A DNA stretch of 64,000 bases, taken from Octopus bimaculoides. Taxonomy: Eukaryota. The stretch covers positions 55,446,450 to 55,510,449 of the forward strand of contig NC_068981.1 in NCBI RefSeq assembly GCF_001194135.2, written 5' to 3'. Numbering within the stretch: position 1 is the first letter of the stretch; each line of letters begins with the position of its first letter. Below are positions 11,993-24,187 of the stretch, piece after piece. Below the pieces are notes generated by a model. The model searched no databases. It was not told where the DNA came from and saw nothing but the letters and a program-made list of their open reading frames with translations. The position numbers and the translations under genes were made by a program.

Positions 11993-12250
11993 GCCTGTCG
12001 TATATATGTATATGCATATATGTATGTGTATATATATGTTTGTGTGTCTGTGTTCGTCCCCCAACATCGCTTGACAACCGATGCTGGTGTGTTTACGTCC
12101 CTGTAACTTAGCCGTTCGGCAAAAGAGATCGATAGAATAAGTACTAGGCTTCCAAAAAATAAGTCCTGGGGTCGATTTGCTCGACTAAAAGCGTTGCTCC
12201 AGCATGGCCACAGTCAAATGACTGAAACAAATAAAAGAGTAAAGAGTAAG
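11993..12250 (+). mobile_element. SINE family A 3' half
   Basis: CCCCCAACATCGCTTGACAACCGATGCTGG...GACTGAAACAAATAAAAGAG. Confidence 0.85.
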
Positions 12251-12338
12251 TAACTTAAAGGAAAACGAACTATGACAATAATGATAGCTTCTTACATGAT
12301 TAAGGAAAGATACCGCACTAAGACAAAAAAACTTGCAT

Positions 12339-12646
12339 TTTTTTGCATGGAATCAAGTACTCTGACCTCCTAATATGCTGCAAATCTCTTATTTTGGTTC
12401 GGAAAGTGTGTGGGGGGGGGACTCATTTTTCCGAGCTTACACGGATTAGAGGGAATTTGTTTTGGCAGATTTTCTATGGTTGGATGCCCTTCCAGTCACC
12501 AACCCTGACCTCCTAATATGCTGCATATCCCTTATTTTGGTTCGAAAGTGTGGGGGGGGGGGACTCCTCGCCCCCTTTTTTCCAAACCAAAATAAGGGAT
12601 TTGCAGCATATTAGGAGGTCGGGGTACTTGATTCCACACAAAAAAT
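12339..12646. mobile_element. Foldback/MITE with ~63-bp TIRs and duplicated left arm
   Basis: 12339-12401 is a near-perfect reverse complement of 12583-12646; 12362-12423 is repeated directly at 12504-12565. Confidence 0.75.
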
Positions 12647-12879
12647 TCGATTTTTTTTTTCTTAGTGAAAATTGTGCAGATGTTACTCAAGAAATCTACC
12701 TAGTAAATTATACTAACCTTAATACTCAACAGATACTTATTTATTTACCTTTGGAGGATGGAAGCCAAGTTTGTTCTTGATAAGATTAGAACTCAGAGCA
12801 TAACTAAATACAAAACCGTTTGGTGACCTTTGATTCTACTACCTATTACTGTTGTGTCAAGAATAATAAAGCACAGCAC

Positions 12880-13051
12880 AGGCCAACTTTCCCCACTGAT
12901 CAGAAGGCTATTCCATCACAGGGTTACCCGTTTACAAGTGAGTGGACAGGAGCAATGTGAAATGAAGTGTCTTGCTTAAGAACACAATGCACTACTTGAT
13001 CTGGCAATTGTGAGTGCAACACCCCCTACCACTTAGCCATGTGCCTTCACT
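12880..13051 (-). mobile_element. SINE family E-like fragment
   Basis: GGAGCAATGTGAAATGAAGTGTCTTGCTTAAGAACACAA shared with 15078-15326. Confidence 0.6.
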
Positions 13052-13070
13052 TATTTGTATACATATATAT

Positions 13071-13445
13071 GTGGAGGCGCAATGGCCCAGTGGTTAGGGA
13101 AGCAGACTCGTGGTCATAGGACCGCGGTTTCGATTCCCAGACCGGGCGTTGTGAGTGTTTATTGAACGAAAACACCTAAAGCTCTACGAGGCTCCGGCAG
13201 GGGATGGTGGCGAACCCTGCTGTACACTTCCACCACAACTTTCTCTCTCTTACTTCCTGTTTCTGTTGTGCCTGTAATTCAAAGGGTCAGCCTTGTCACA
13301 CTGTGTCACACTGAATATCCCCGAGAACTACATTAAGGGTACACGTGTCTGTGGAGTGCTCAGCCACTTGCATGTTAATTTCACGAGCAGGCTGTTCTGT
13401 TGATCGGATCAACTGGAACCTTTGACGTCGTAAGCGACGGAGTGC

Positions 13446-13453
<8 letters not shown>
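13071..13453 (+). mobile_element. SINE family B, full length
   Basis: GGAGGCGCAATGGCCCAGTGGTTAG / GGTTTCGATTCCC head, GACGGAGTGCC(AAC)n tail, 10-bp TSD ACATATATAT. Confidence 0.9.
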
Positions 13454-13486
<33 letters not shown>

Positions 13487-13499
13487 TATGTGCATATAC

Positions 13500-13680
13500 A
13501 CACACACACACACATACCCACTTATGCAACGACTTCTATTTGGTTTCCATCTACCAAAATCCACTACAAGGTTTTGTTTGTTCCAAGGTTATAGTGCAAG
13601 ACACTTGCTCAAGGTCTCACACAGTGAGACTAAACCTGAAAATATGTGGTTTGGAAGCAAACTTCTTACATTATGCCTGT
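13500..13680 (-). mobile_element. SINE family A 5' half, diverged
   Basis: TTTCCATCTACCAAAATCCACT...AGACACTTGCTCAAGG. Confidence 0.7.
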
Positions 13681-13914
13681 GGTTTTTAAAAAAAATTTTT
13701 TTTTTAACCTTTCATCTTCTCTAAATTCAGTAACTAAATAGTAGTAACATAACAGAATTGTCTTTATGTCATGGAGAGAATATATAATGAGTTTTAAAAT
13801 AGTCTAACAATTGGTGCAGTATAAAGAAAGATTAGGCTAATCAAAGAGAAAATTTTTTTTCCCTCTCTCTCTCTGGGAGAGAGGCACAAGCACATACACA
13901 GACATAAACACACA

Positions 13915-14070
13915 CGGCAGTAACTTCCGCCAACCAAATTCAATCACAAGGCTTCGGTCGGCCGGGGGCTATAGCAGAAGACACTTGCCCAAGGTGCCAC
14001 GCGGTCGGACTGAACCTGAAACCATGTAGCTGGGAAGCAAGCTTCCTAACCACACAGCCATGCCCGCGCC
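13915..14070 (-). mobile_element. SINE family A 5' half
   Basis: Ends ACCACACAGCCATGCCCGCGCC (reverse of head). Confidence 0.8.
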
Positions 14071-15077
14071 TAATGTTTTTAATTCAATTTGAGTTTGTGA
14101 TTCATAAGCTATGTGTCCTAATTGCAATTTCACTCTTTAAATCTGAACCATGTCAAAGCAACATCTTTGATACCCTATCACCTAAAACATTTTTTCTTTG
14201 TCACAAAGATCAAAGCAAAGCTCTAATAACAATTTATTTATTGAGACATGTTGACTTTCAAACATTGACAAAAAGTTACAGAAATAGCAATTCTAATATA
14301 GTTCTAAAATAAAGAAAACAAATAATACAAGTATATCTTGCTTCAAATTGAAGACTTAAACACTAAAGATAAAATGTGATTAGATTTTTGAATTTGATAG
14401 AAGAGAAGTAAAAGATTTCCTGCAGGAAATAAATTGGTAAATGCTGACATATTTCCTATTTACATTTATACCGCAATCTTTCCTTGTACCATTTAAAATT
14501 TTATAATTTTGAGAAGTGTCATTAGCCAACATTCTTCATTACATTATTGACTATAATGTGTACATGGCTACCAGAATATCATCATGATTAATACACGAAA
14601 CAAAATTTAGCAGACATGGTTTAATTTTCAAAGAAGTATGAACAAGTGGGCAAAATGCGGAAATGATTTTAAGAGCTCTTAACTTATTTTATTTGTTGTT
14701 GTTGTTGTTGTTAATTTTGAATAAAGCCTTAAACAGGAAATGGTGGGAGATAAATTTAAAATCTACTATACACACACTTATATATTGGGAAACATTGCAA
14801 CAAATGTGATATCTGAAGTTTGAAAAAACAAAAATGAATAGAACTTCATGAAAATAGAGGGAAATAATTAGAATATAGCAATGCATTTGGTGTGTGAAGT
14901 CTGCATTTGTTATGCACATGTGCACATGCACATGTGCACATGCACATGCACACACACATGCACATGCACACACATGCATACATACATATGTACATATATG
15001 CATACATATTAAAGCATATGTATATTGAGTTCTAATACTAGGTTATTAAGTATTATTGTACCTAATAAATTAAATAA

Positions 15078-15326
15078 ATGCTCCCTTTTAAAGCCCAGCC
15101 AGGCTCATGGGCCCGGTTTCCCAGTTTCAATGGCGTATGTGTTCTGCAGCTAGACGGGACGCCAGTCCATCGCAGCACTACTCATTTTTGCCAGCTGAGT
15201 GGACTGGAGCAACGTGGAATGAAGTGTTTTGCTCAAGAACACAACGCGTCGCCCGGTCAAAGAATCGAAACCACAATCTTACGATCATGATGCTGACACC
15301 CTAACCACTAAGCCATGCGCCTCCAC
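15078..15326 (-). mobile_element. SINE family E, full length
   Basis: Reverse head GTGGAGGCGCATGGCTTAGTGGTTAGGG...GGTTTCGATTC, core GAGCAAAACACTTCATTCCACGTTGCTCCAGTCCACTCAGCTGG. Confidence 0.8.
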
Positions 15327-15600
15327 TTACTGTACCTAAGGGAAATATTAAAATATATAGGCACATACACACACATACATTCTTTCTGTTCATTCTTTCT
15401 TTCTAATATATATCTACATGTTCAATGATGAGCTGCTTATAGCTATTCATTGCTTGGCAGCTACAACACCACTTTTGTTTTAGTCACAGTTCAAGTCAGA
15501 GTTTTAGTTGTAAACCAACCTGAACACTTATTGTAATACCTATTCCATTATTAGATGCAATTTTATCAGTATTCTGTGTGTGTTGGTGGGTATATGTATA

Positions 15601-16477
15601 CAGGGTGCAATGGGTAAATTGTCGCTATTTTATTTTTTTTATTTCACGCATGTGCATTGTTTGTTTTTGATTTTGTCAACTACGCAGTATAGTAGGGTCA
15701 GTTGGGCACCATCTGTGCGAAAAACTGCACCATGATGCAATTCACTCTGCCAAAAATTTGGAAACAACATGCTGTACTGCTTTGCATTCATGCCAGAAGC
15801 TCCAATACGAACATTTCAGAATGTTTGAGTGTCAATCTGAGGACATGTACCAAGAGTGATAAAAATCAAACATCCATTCAACATTATGGTGTTTGGAGTG
15901 ATCTCTAATGACACCAACACTATACATCCATTCATCTTCCCACGTGGCCTTAGACTCAACATGGAGGCCTACATCAAGTTCCTGGAGGAGGTAGTGCTGC
16001 TTCAGCTCAAGAGGGTGGCTGCTGAAAGACCCTCTGTCTGGCAAGAGGAATCTGCACCATGCCACACAAGCAGGAGAACCCAGTCATGGCTGTCAGGCAA
16101 TTCTTACGACCACACCACCCTTAACATCTTGCCACCTAACTCCCCAGACTGAAACCCCCTTGATTATTTTGTGTGGAATGCATTTGAGCGAGAGAGCAAC
16201 AAAATTCCTTGTAACACCAAAGGTGAACTGACGGCAAGGATTTTGGCAGCATTCACCAACTTAAACAAGAAAACAAACCATCCAGAAGAGTTACAGGAGG
16301 TTCTGAAGTCATCTGGAGGCCATGGTTGAAGCCAATGGCGATTTTATTGAATAAATTTAATCTTCAGCATTTCAAGATATTTTTATGTAATTTTAGTAGA
16401 TATATCTGTTAAAATGAGATGTCAGTGTTATTTTCATTTTTGCGTAATTTAGACAACAATTTATTCACCGCACCCTA
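15601..16477 (+). mobile_element. maT/DD37D-type Tc1/mariner element, internally deleted
   Basis: TIRs CAGGGTGC.....TAAATTG at both ends with TA flanks; KHPFNIMVFGVISND, WQEESAPCH, PPNSPD*NPLDY. Confidence 0.88.
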
Positions 16478-16794
16478 TATGTGTGTGTGTGTGTGTGTGT
16501 GTAGCAGGGAGAGAGAGATATATGTAATACACTTATACTTACATATTGAAACATGTATATTATGTTCTAACACCAAGTTATTAGTATTGCTATGCCTATG
16601 CAAAAATATTAAAATACATTTCTACACACACACATATACATACATACATACATAAATGTAAAAGGTGTCGAATAGGTCGCGTCAAAAAGATTGTGAAAGC
16701 TAAATATGCTTAAAAATACAAAAAAAGGAAATATTTGGCATAAGATAAGTGAANNNNNNNNNNNNNNNNNNNNNNNNNNNNNNNNNNNNNNNNN

Positions 16795-16831
<37 letters not shown>

Positions 16832-16899
16832 TGAGCTATGCCCTTTGAGTTCAGATCACACTTGAATTAATTTACCTTTCTTCTTATGGGGGTTGATAA

Positions 16900-17700
16900 A
16901 GCACCTCTCCAGGACTGGGTATTGACAGAATGATTGAGTATTGTGGGATTGCACATGCTTTGCAATATATGTTTCAGATCTATGCATTTTGAATTCAAAT
17001 CCTATCACCTGTCTCTTGTTAACAGGCCCTTCAGAATCAGACACTGTCAGTTTTTGGATATGACATCTCCCAGTACTAATTCATTGACCATATGTATGAC
17101 TAGTGCAGAGATGTGGAACCTGCGGCTTTAAGGCTGCATGTGACCTTCCAGTCCATCAAGTGCAGCCATCTGTGGCCATTGATATAAATTTTTCCTATTT
17201 TGACATTAAATATTTTTTGTCTAAACTCATTGTACACCCTAAACTTACAACACACATAGACAAAAGGAAAATTACCTATGTTTAGTGATGTCACTCTCAG
17301 AGATTGGAAGAATTTTTCTATAAACCCAGTGAATTTAAACTCAAAGCAACAAGTATATAAATGTAATATTTCCTTGTCAGCTTCATCAGCGCAATGAGAG
17401 TAAGTGACTTCATGTATAATACACAAAAAGTTTCTGTCTCATCCACCTTTTCATTGTGATCTGTGCTATGTACTTTACTTCATCGTAGCCAACTTTATAC
17501 TGACTTATTTTGTAAGACTGAGTTAGTTATAGCCTTATTTGAAACCGTAAATCCATCAGTGCATGCGTTAATTTTACAGACTTGCTTTTTATCATTGAGA
17601 CTTGATAAGTGATTTAGTGATCATATTCATTGTTACTCTGTTTAAGCCAATCATGTTCAGAAACAATGTTCTTGGAATCTTGGTCATAACTTCAACAATT
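16900..17700 (+). mobile_element. Probable DIRS-type tyrosine recombinase relic
   Basis: In order: FKSYHLSL..PFRI, FKAACDLPVHQVQPSV, FLVSFISAMRVSDF (17370-17411; compare FLxxLASAxRVSEL), FETVNPSV (17538-17561; compare AKTQNPSV); many stops. Confidence 0.5.
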
Positions 17701-17999
17701 GTCATTATTTTGTGAGATTGGAAACCATCGATATTTGACATTATTTTTGTAACAATTAGGTAATGATACTAATTACAGAAAAAAAATTATAGCTAATCTA
17801 GATGTTGTTCAGCCTCGAGTAGTAACAGTTGCTAAAGTCAAAACCAAAAACATGGTTTTGGATACAAGTTTATCGTGTCTTGTCTAAGACTGTTTTATTT
17901 GGGTCAGTGTGCAGCTGGCTTTACTAATTCATTATTAAACTTTTATTTTTCTATGGTTTCTTAGAATAAATACATTTCTTTTTAACCCATAATTATGTC

Positions 18000-19790
18000 A
18001 AAAAAATTAAAATGAACTTTGAAAGAAGAAAACAGGATCTTCAATGAAGAATGAGAATTGCAATATTTTTTAGTAAATAGTGGAGGCAAAATGTCTTGCT
18101 TGTTTTGTGATACCACAATTGTAACAGTTAATTAATTCAATGCACAGCAACATTATGCTCTTCATAAACACAATAAATATGCCAAATTAGAGGGTGGGTC
18201 TCGAAAGATAGCATTGCAGAAATTGAAAGATGGAAAACAAAAGCAAAGACAATTTTTCCAATCTGTGTTGCATCAAGGGAATGCGACGACAGAGGCCAGT
18301 TGCATATTTGCTTGGAAATAAAAGTTAAACCATTCAGCAATGCAGAACTCATAAAGGAATGTATTTTAGAAGTGGTAGGATGTATAAATCCTGATAAAGT
18401 TAACAAATATAAAGAGGTGCCTCTTTTAAGAAGGACTAATACAGATCAACAGCATGAATTGGCCTGCAATGTAACAGCGCTATTAAAAAATATAATCCAA
18501 AAAGAAAATGTATATTGCTCAGTGACTTTGGATGAATTGGCAGATTCCACAGATTCAGCACAAGTATTGCAGTTTATTCATACTATAACTGATGATTTTC
18601 AATTATATGAAGAATTATTTGCTTTAGGCACCCTTAAAGGAAGGACATGAGAGATAGATATTTTTAACAACTTCAAAGAGCAATATCATAAAGTAGGACT
18701 AAATTTTACTAATTTGGTAAGTGTGTGCTCCAGCTATGACGGCTGAAAATGAAGGATTTATTGCACATCTTAAAAGAGGGATCAAAGATACAAATGTACT
18801 GTTTTCTTTTCATTGTATTTTACATCAGCAAAATCTGTCATTTTAAATGACACTTTGCAGAAGGTTATAAGTATTGTAAACTATATTCAAGCAAATGCCC
18901 TGAAGTATCATGAATTTCAAAACATGCTGATGATGGATGACGAAGTAATTAATGTGGATTTGCTTTATCACTCAAAAGTATGCTGGTTGTCACAAGGGAA
19001 AGCATTGGTCAAAATTTTGCTTTTATGAAGACAAACAATTGACTTTTTCAAAGAAAACAATAAAACATTGTGATTTATCAGATCCAAATTTTTTGCCGAG
19101 ATGTTGCATTTTTATGTGATGCAATGTCAAAACAAAATGAGTTAAACATTTCATTGCAAGATTAAAATAAATGTATTTATGATATGTGGCAAAAAATTTG
19201 GGCATTTAGAAAAAAATTGTCGTTTTCCAAGTTCCTTTTGGCTCAATCAAAACTTTCAGAAGAACACTTTCTTCAGCTTACAAAGGTAATAAGTGAAAAT
19301 GAAGAAGATATTTTTGAATCTTGTGAAGAATACAAGTCACGTTTTAGATTCATTAATAGAAGAATATAATAAAAGATTCAATGATTTTGAAAAACATAAC
19401 ATCACTCTGAAACTTGCTTTTCAGCCTCACTTAGTTGATGTATCAGAGGCTTTCGAAGAGTTACAAATGGAGTTTATTGAAATATCCAAAGATAATATCC
19501 TGAAATCTCTGTTTGACAAGTGGGAAAATCCCATTGAAATTTGGAAAAATGTGGCAGAATATCCTCATCTTCGTTAACATGCATGCCGAATAATTTCCTG
19601 CTTTTCTTCAATATATTGTTGTGAATCCACATTCTTGTACTTGACACAAATCAAGAATTTGCTGAGAATGCAATTGACAAATGAGTATTTGGAGGACCAA
19701 TTGAAACTAAGAACCACTATGTTAGAACCTGATATCAAAAAAGGCAAATTCAAAGAAGTTATTCATTTGTATAAAAAGTACCTTCTTGCC
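18000..19790 (+). mobile_element. hAT transposase pseudogene (Charlie/SPIN, GTF2IRD2/EPM2AIP1-like)
   Basis: KPFSNAELIKECILEV, CSVTLDELADSTDSAQV, LKGRT, LLYHSKVCWLSQGK, LAFQPH, YCCESTF; multiple stops and frameshifts. Confidence 0.9.
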
Positions 19791-20042
19791 TAAATTAAAT
19801 ATTTGAAAATGTTATATTCTCGATGTTCATAAGCTGTCTTTTTTATAAGATTATTATTCATTAACTTATTACTTGTTTATAATGTACCTACCTACTTAAA
19901 TAAAATATTTGAAAATGTCTGGCTTTCGATATTATTCATTTACTTATTATTTGTACAAAAGTACTTGCTTAAATAAAATATTTGAAAAGTCATGCTTTCG
20001 ATTTCTACACACTTGTCTTTCTTTTATTAAATTACTAATAAA

Positions 20043-20420
20043 TTAATTAGGGGATAGAGTAACTAAAAAAAGAAAAACAATTTGTTCAATGCGGCTTCTA
20101 TGAGGGATGATGAATTGTAGGGTGGCCTTCATGCACAAACAGGTTCCCCATTCCTGGACTAGTGCATGACCTACTTCTTGAAACATTCTCAGTATCACAG
20201 CAACTATCCCTGGTGCTCCAGTTGCTTTTTCAGCCTTCATTTCTCTCATCGCATATTCACTGCAAAGCTTTTCAAGCTCAGTAGCTGGTCACTGTTAAAT
20301 CTGTTGGGATAGAATCACAATTCTCCCATACATTTTCTTCATTCAACCAACTCTTCAGGTAGCATTTTCATGATTCTTTCATTTTGGCATAACTAAGGCA
20401 AGTGCACTGCTATTATTCTA
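20043..20420 (-). mobile_element. RTE LINE fragment (pre-RT)
   Basis: MREMKAEKATGAPGIVAVIL. Confidence 0.7.
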
Positions 20421-21329
20421 TCTTTTTTTCCCCACAGCATCTTAATTCTCTCTGCTACAAAATCTTTGCAATCCAGAACATTTTACATTACATTACAAAA
20501 TATGTGCATAGCTTGTACTTTTGACTCTTCCTCTTCCTAAGTATACCTGTATATCTGTCTATTTATCTACATGTATATTCGCATGTGTGTATATTTAGAT
20601 ATATATGCATATGCAGTTAATACTAGTGTATATAAATACATAAGTCTGTACATATGCACATGCATGTACAATAGTTAGTAGGTAAATGCCCTTCTTTTTC
20701 CCCCTTACAAAGTGTTATGCAGGTCATCTCAGTTCCCAACTAAACAGCACTATCCTAGTCAGAGAAAACATTTTGCCCATCTGCAAGCCGCCACCTGTGA
20801 AGACTATCTAATAAACTATGTATTCTACCCAACATAAAGGAGGGATGTTGCCTTTATAGTTATAATGAAGTTAACCCATCTTGGAATTTAGACAAAGCCA
20901 GCCATACAGGTAGACATGGGCTCCGGAAGTTGTTGTGAAATCTAGGTGAGCTGAAACTCTAAATTAAAAACTGATTGAGAAAGAGAGAGGAGGGTGGAGG
21001 TGAGGGAGGGGAGACTCTTTACTTCTGAAAAAGCACCTCTCTAATACCAGTGGAATTAGCAAAGGCACTCTGACCATGGTGTAAAGCAGGCATTCATAGA
21101 AAGGGTGCCTTGCCAAATACAAACCATATGAAATCATGACAGTTACAAATTAAATAAAAGAAATACCTGATTGTTGTATATCTAGTACTTAAAATGGTAG
21201 TGACATGTATGGTAGAGGGGTATCCAGGTGTGAAAATCTAGCCATGCGTGAACACCTGTCAATCATACCAAAGAATTGCACCAACACTTTTCTGTTCAGA
21301 TGCAGAAAATAAACAAGTCACACATCACC

Positions 21330-21850
21330 AGGAACTATCTTCTTCCTGTCGGATGCAAAACTTTAGGGCTGCCATCATCAGTACTGGAATTGTCTGGGAA
21401 AGATTACAAAATTACTAGAGTGGAGGTGAGTAGATAAATGTCATCTAGCAGATGTGTACTATCTACTAGTTGTGCACCTACTCCTAGATGTATGCTATCT
21501 ACTAGTTGATGTATGGCATCAAAAACGTGGAATGGAGTGAATCTTCAGCCAGATATTTCATACACAAGGAACAGTGGGTTGAGCAGGCATATTATTAGCA
21601 GAAAACTGGATAAAGCAACTGAGGTAGTCAGGATATGTGACAGAATAATTAAGCTTGAATTAGCTTTAGGCAGCACAACAGCAACTGTGATTTCTGCATA
21701 GGTACCACATTCAGGACTAATAGGTGCATAAGACGTTCCTATGAAGTCCTCTTTCATATAGATTTTTCCATAACAAATGACAACTGCATGATCATGGCTG
21801 GTGATTTTGACAAACACATAATGGCAATACTATGATGACTACTGCAACAT
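21330..21850 (+). mobile_element. RTE LINE APE-endonuclease fragment
   Basis: EVVRICDRIIKLELALGSTTATVISA*VPHSG. Confidence 0.75.
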
Positions 21851-22239
21851 GTGGAGGTGCAATGGCCCAGTGGTTAGGGCAGCGGACTCGCGGTCATAGG
21901 ATCACGGTTTCGATTCCCAGACCGGGCGTTGTGAATGTTTATCGAGCGAAAACACCTAAAAAGCTCCACGTGGCTCCGGCAGGGGATGGTGGTGAACCCT
22001 GCTGTACTCTTTCACCATAACTTTCTCTCACTCTTCCTGTTTCTGATGTGCCTGTAATTCAAAGGGTTAGCCTTGTCACACTGTGTCACGCTGAATATCC
22101 CCGAGAACTACGTTAAGGGTACACGTGTTTGTGGAGTGCTCAGCCACTTGCACCTTAATTTCACGAGCAGGCTGTTCCGTAGATCGGATCAACTGGAACG
22201 CTCGACGTCGTAAGCGACGGAGTGCCAACAACAACAACA
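21851..22239 (+). mobile_element. SINE family B, full length
   Basis: Highly similar to 13071-13453; 10-bp TSD ACTGCAACAT (21841-21850, 22240-22249). Confidence 0.92.
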
Positions 22240-22336
22240 ACTGCAACATACATGGAAGCAGGGCCTTAAGAGTTGAGTTCAACTAGTACGTTGTTGTGGA
22301 CACCTAAATATCTTATGACCCCCTACCTAAAAGAAA

Positions 22337-22587
22337 ATAATAATAATAATAATAATAATAATGATAATAATAATCCTTTCTACTATAGGAACAAGGCCTG
22401 ATATTTGGAGGGAGGGGTGATAGACAATTAAATTGATCCCAGTGCTCAACTGGTACTTATTTTATCAACCCCAAGAAGATGAAAGGCAAAGTCGACCTTG
22501 GCGGAATTTGAACTCAGAATGTAGCAACAGACGAAATACCACTAAGCATTTCACCCGGTGTGCTAATGATTAGGCCAGCTCGCCACC
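22337..22587 (-). mobile_element. SINE family D with (ATT)n tail
   Basis: GATGAAAGGCAAAGTCGACCTTGGCGGAATTTGAACTCAG core; head end GCCAGCTCGCCACC. Confidence 0.85.
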
Positions 22588-22854
22588 TTGTTAATAATAA
22601 TAATAATAACTTCACAGCCCTTTTCTATTGCATTATTTTACAAGAGTGAATAAATGTGAAACTCATCATGTATTTTCTTAGTTTTTTAACAGAACTGGTC
22701 TATTTTACTTATTAAATGAATAAGTCATCCCACCCAGTGAAGAGATGAATGACTACCTATCAGTTTTAAATGTTTATATCTGACAATCCTATTGTTAAAA
22801 TTTGGGCAAATTGACCAAACAGGTTTTCCTGAATTGTGCAAGTGCCACATAAAA

Positions 22855-23060
22855 AGCACTCGTGCCAGTACCAGGTTAAAATGCTCGTGCTGGACCATGT
22901 TAAAAGCATCCAGTACACATTATAAAGTGGTTGGCATTAGGAAGGGCATCCAGTTGTAGAAATTGAACCAAATCAGAGTGGAACCTGGTGCAGCTCTCTT
23001 GCCTGCCAGCTTTGGTCAAACCATCCAACTCATGCCAGCATGGAAAACGGACATTAAAAG
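22855..23060 (+). mobile_element. RTE-associated 3' tail fragment
   Basis: GGCATTAGGAAGGGCATCCAG...CATGCCAGCATGGAAAACGGACATTAAA. Confidence 0.7.
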
Positions 23061-23217
23061 AAGAGGAGGATACCCCACATAAATTTAGGCTCATTATTCA
23101 AAAGTCAACAGCTTTGAAAACAAAACCATTTTTCAGATATTTATAATTTATTGCAGGAACATGGGACTAAAATAGCCAGAAGTTTCCTGGAATGTACCTT
23201 AATTGTTTAAACTGCAA

Positions 23218-23412
23218 ATAATAATAATAATTGTTTTAAATTTTGGCACAAGGCCAGCAGTTTTAGTGGGAAGAGGTTTGTCAATTACATCAACCCTAGT
23301 ACTTGGCCGAAACTTTATTTTAAAGGCTATGTTGACCTTGGTGGTATTTGAACTCAGAACATTAAGAGCCAGAAGAAATGCTGCTACATATTTTGTCCAC
23401 CATGTTAAAGAT
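23218..23412 (-). mobile_element. SINE family D, diverged
   Basis: AAATTTTGGCACAAGGCCAGCA...TTTGAACTCAGAAC. Confidence 0.7.
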
Positions 23413-24187
23413 TTTGCCAGCTCATCACCTTAATAACCCTGATGATGATGATGGTGGTGGTGGTGGTGGTGGTGGTAGTGGCGGCTGTAGCAGTGAGGAG
23501 GAGGAGGAGTTTAATTTTTACTTTAGTTTTTCATTTTCTAAAAACAAATGTTTTGTCTATTTGTTTTAAAAAAGGGTGTTTTTCTAAATGAATGTTTTGA
23601 ATTGTAACCAAAGAATGCAATAGACTGCTTGGAAATCTTGAGCCAAATGCTTTGTTTATGAAACAATCAACTATCACACCTTGGATTTACAATGCTGTGT
23701 GCTGGTGTTTCTATAGCTAGAAATTTTTTTTACTTGATTAATGTACAGAATTTACTAAACAAATATAAGGAAAGGATTTTAAAAATATTTTTAGACCTTC
23801 CTCAGTTGTGTATTTGGCAGATGATACATTAAGATACAGGTTGTTATCATTATGGCTATTAATATAAAGAAATATATTCATAAAGTAAATATTTTACATG
23901 CATTCATAAAAAAAAACTAATCTAACTTTACCTAATTTATCATTATTATAAATTAGGTTTGGTTAGGTAAGGTGAGGTTAAACTAGCTTATTTTTGAAAA
24001 TATATAAATATGTGTTCTTGATATTTCTCATTAATGTTTTTACAAACTTTTTTTTACCAATTTGAAGAATTTTTTGTGTTTTTGCTATTAATTAACATAC
24101 AGAAATTTAAATCATTACAAAATTACAACACAAACCTACTGCATGTAATTATGAAGATAAAGTTAGATTTGTTTGTTTCTGAATATA

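Noticed and set aside
13071-13150. tRNA genes at SINE heads (also 1977, 15250, 21851)
   Set aside because: A/B boxes are present but there is no complete cloverleaf acceptor stem, and each continues into SINE body with TSDs.
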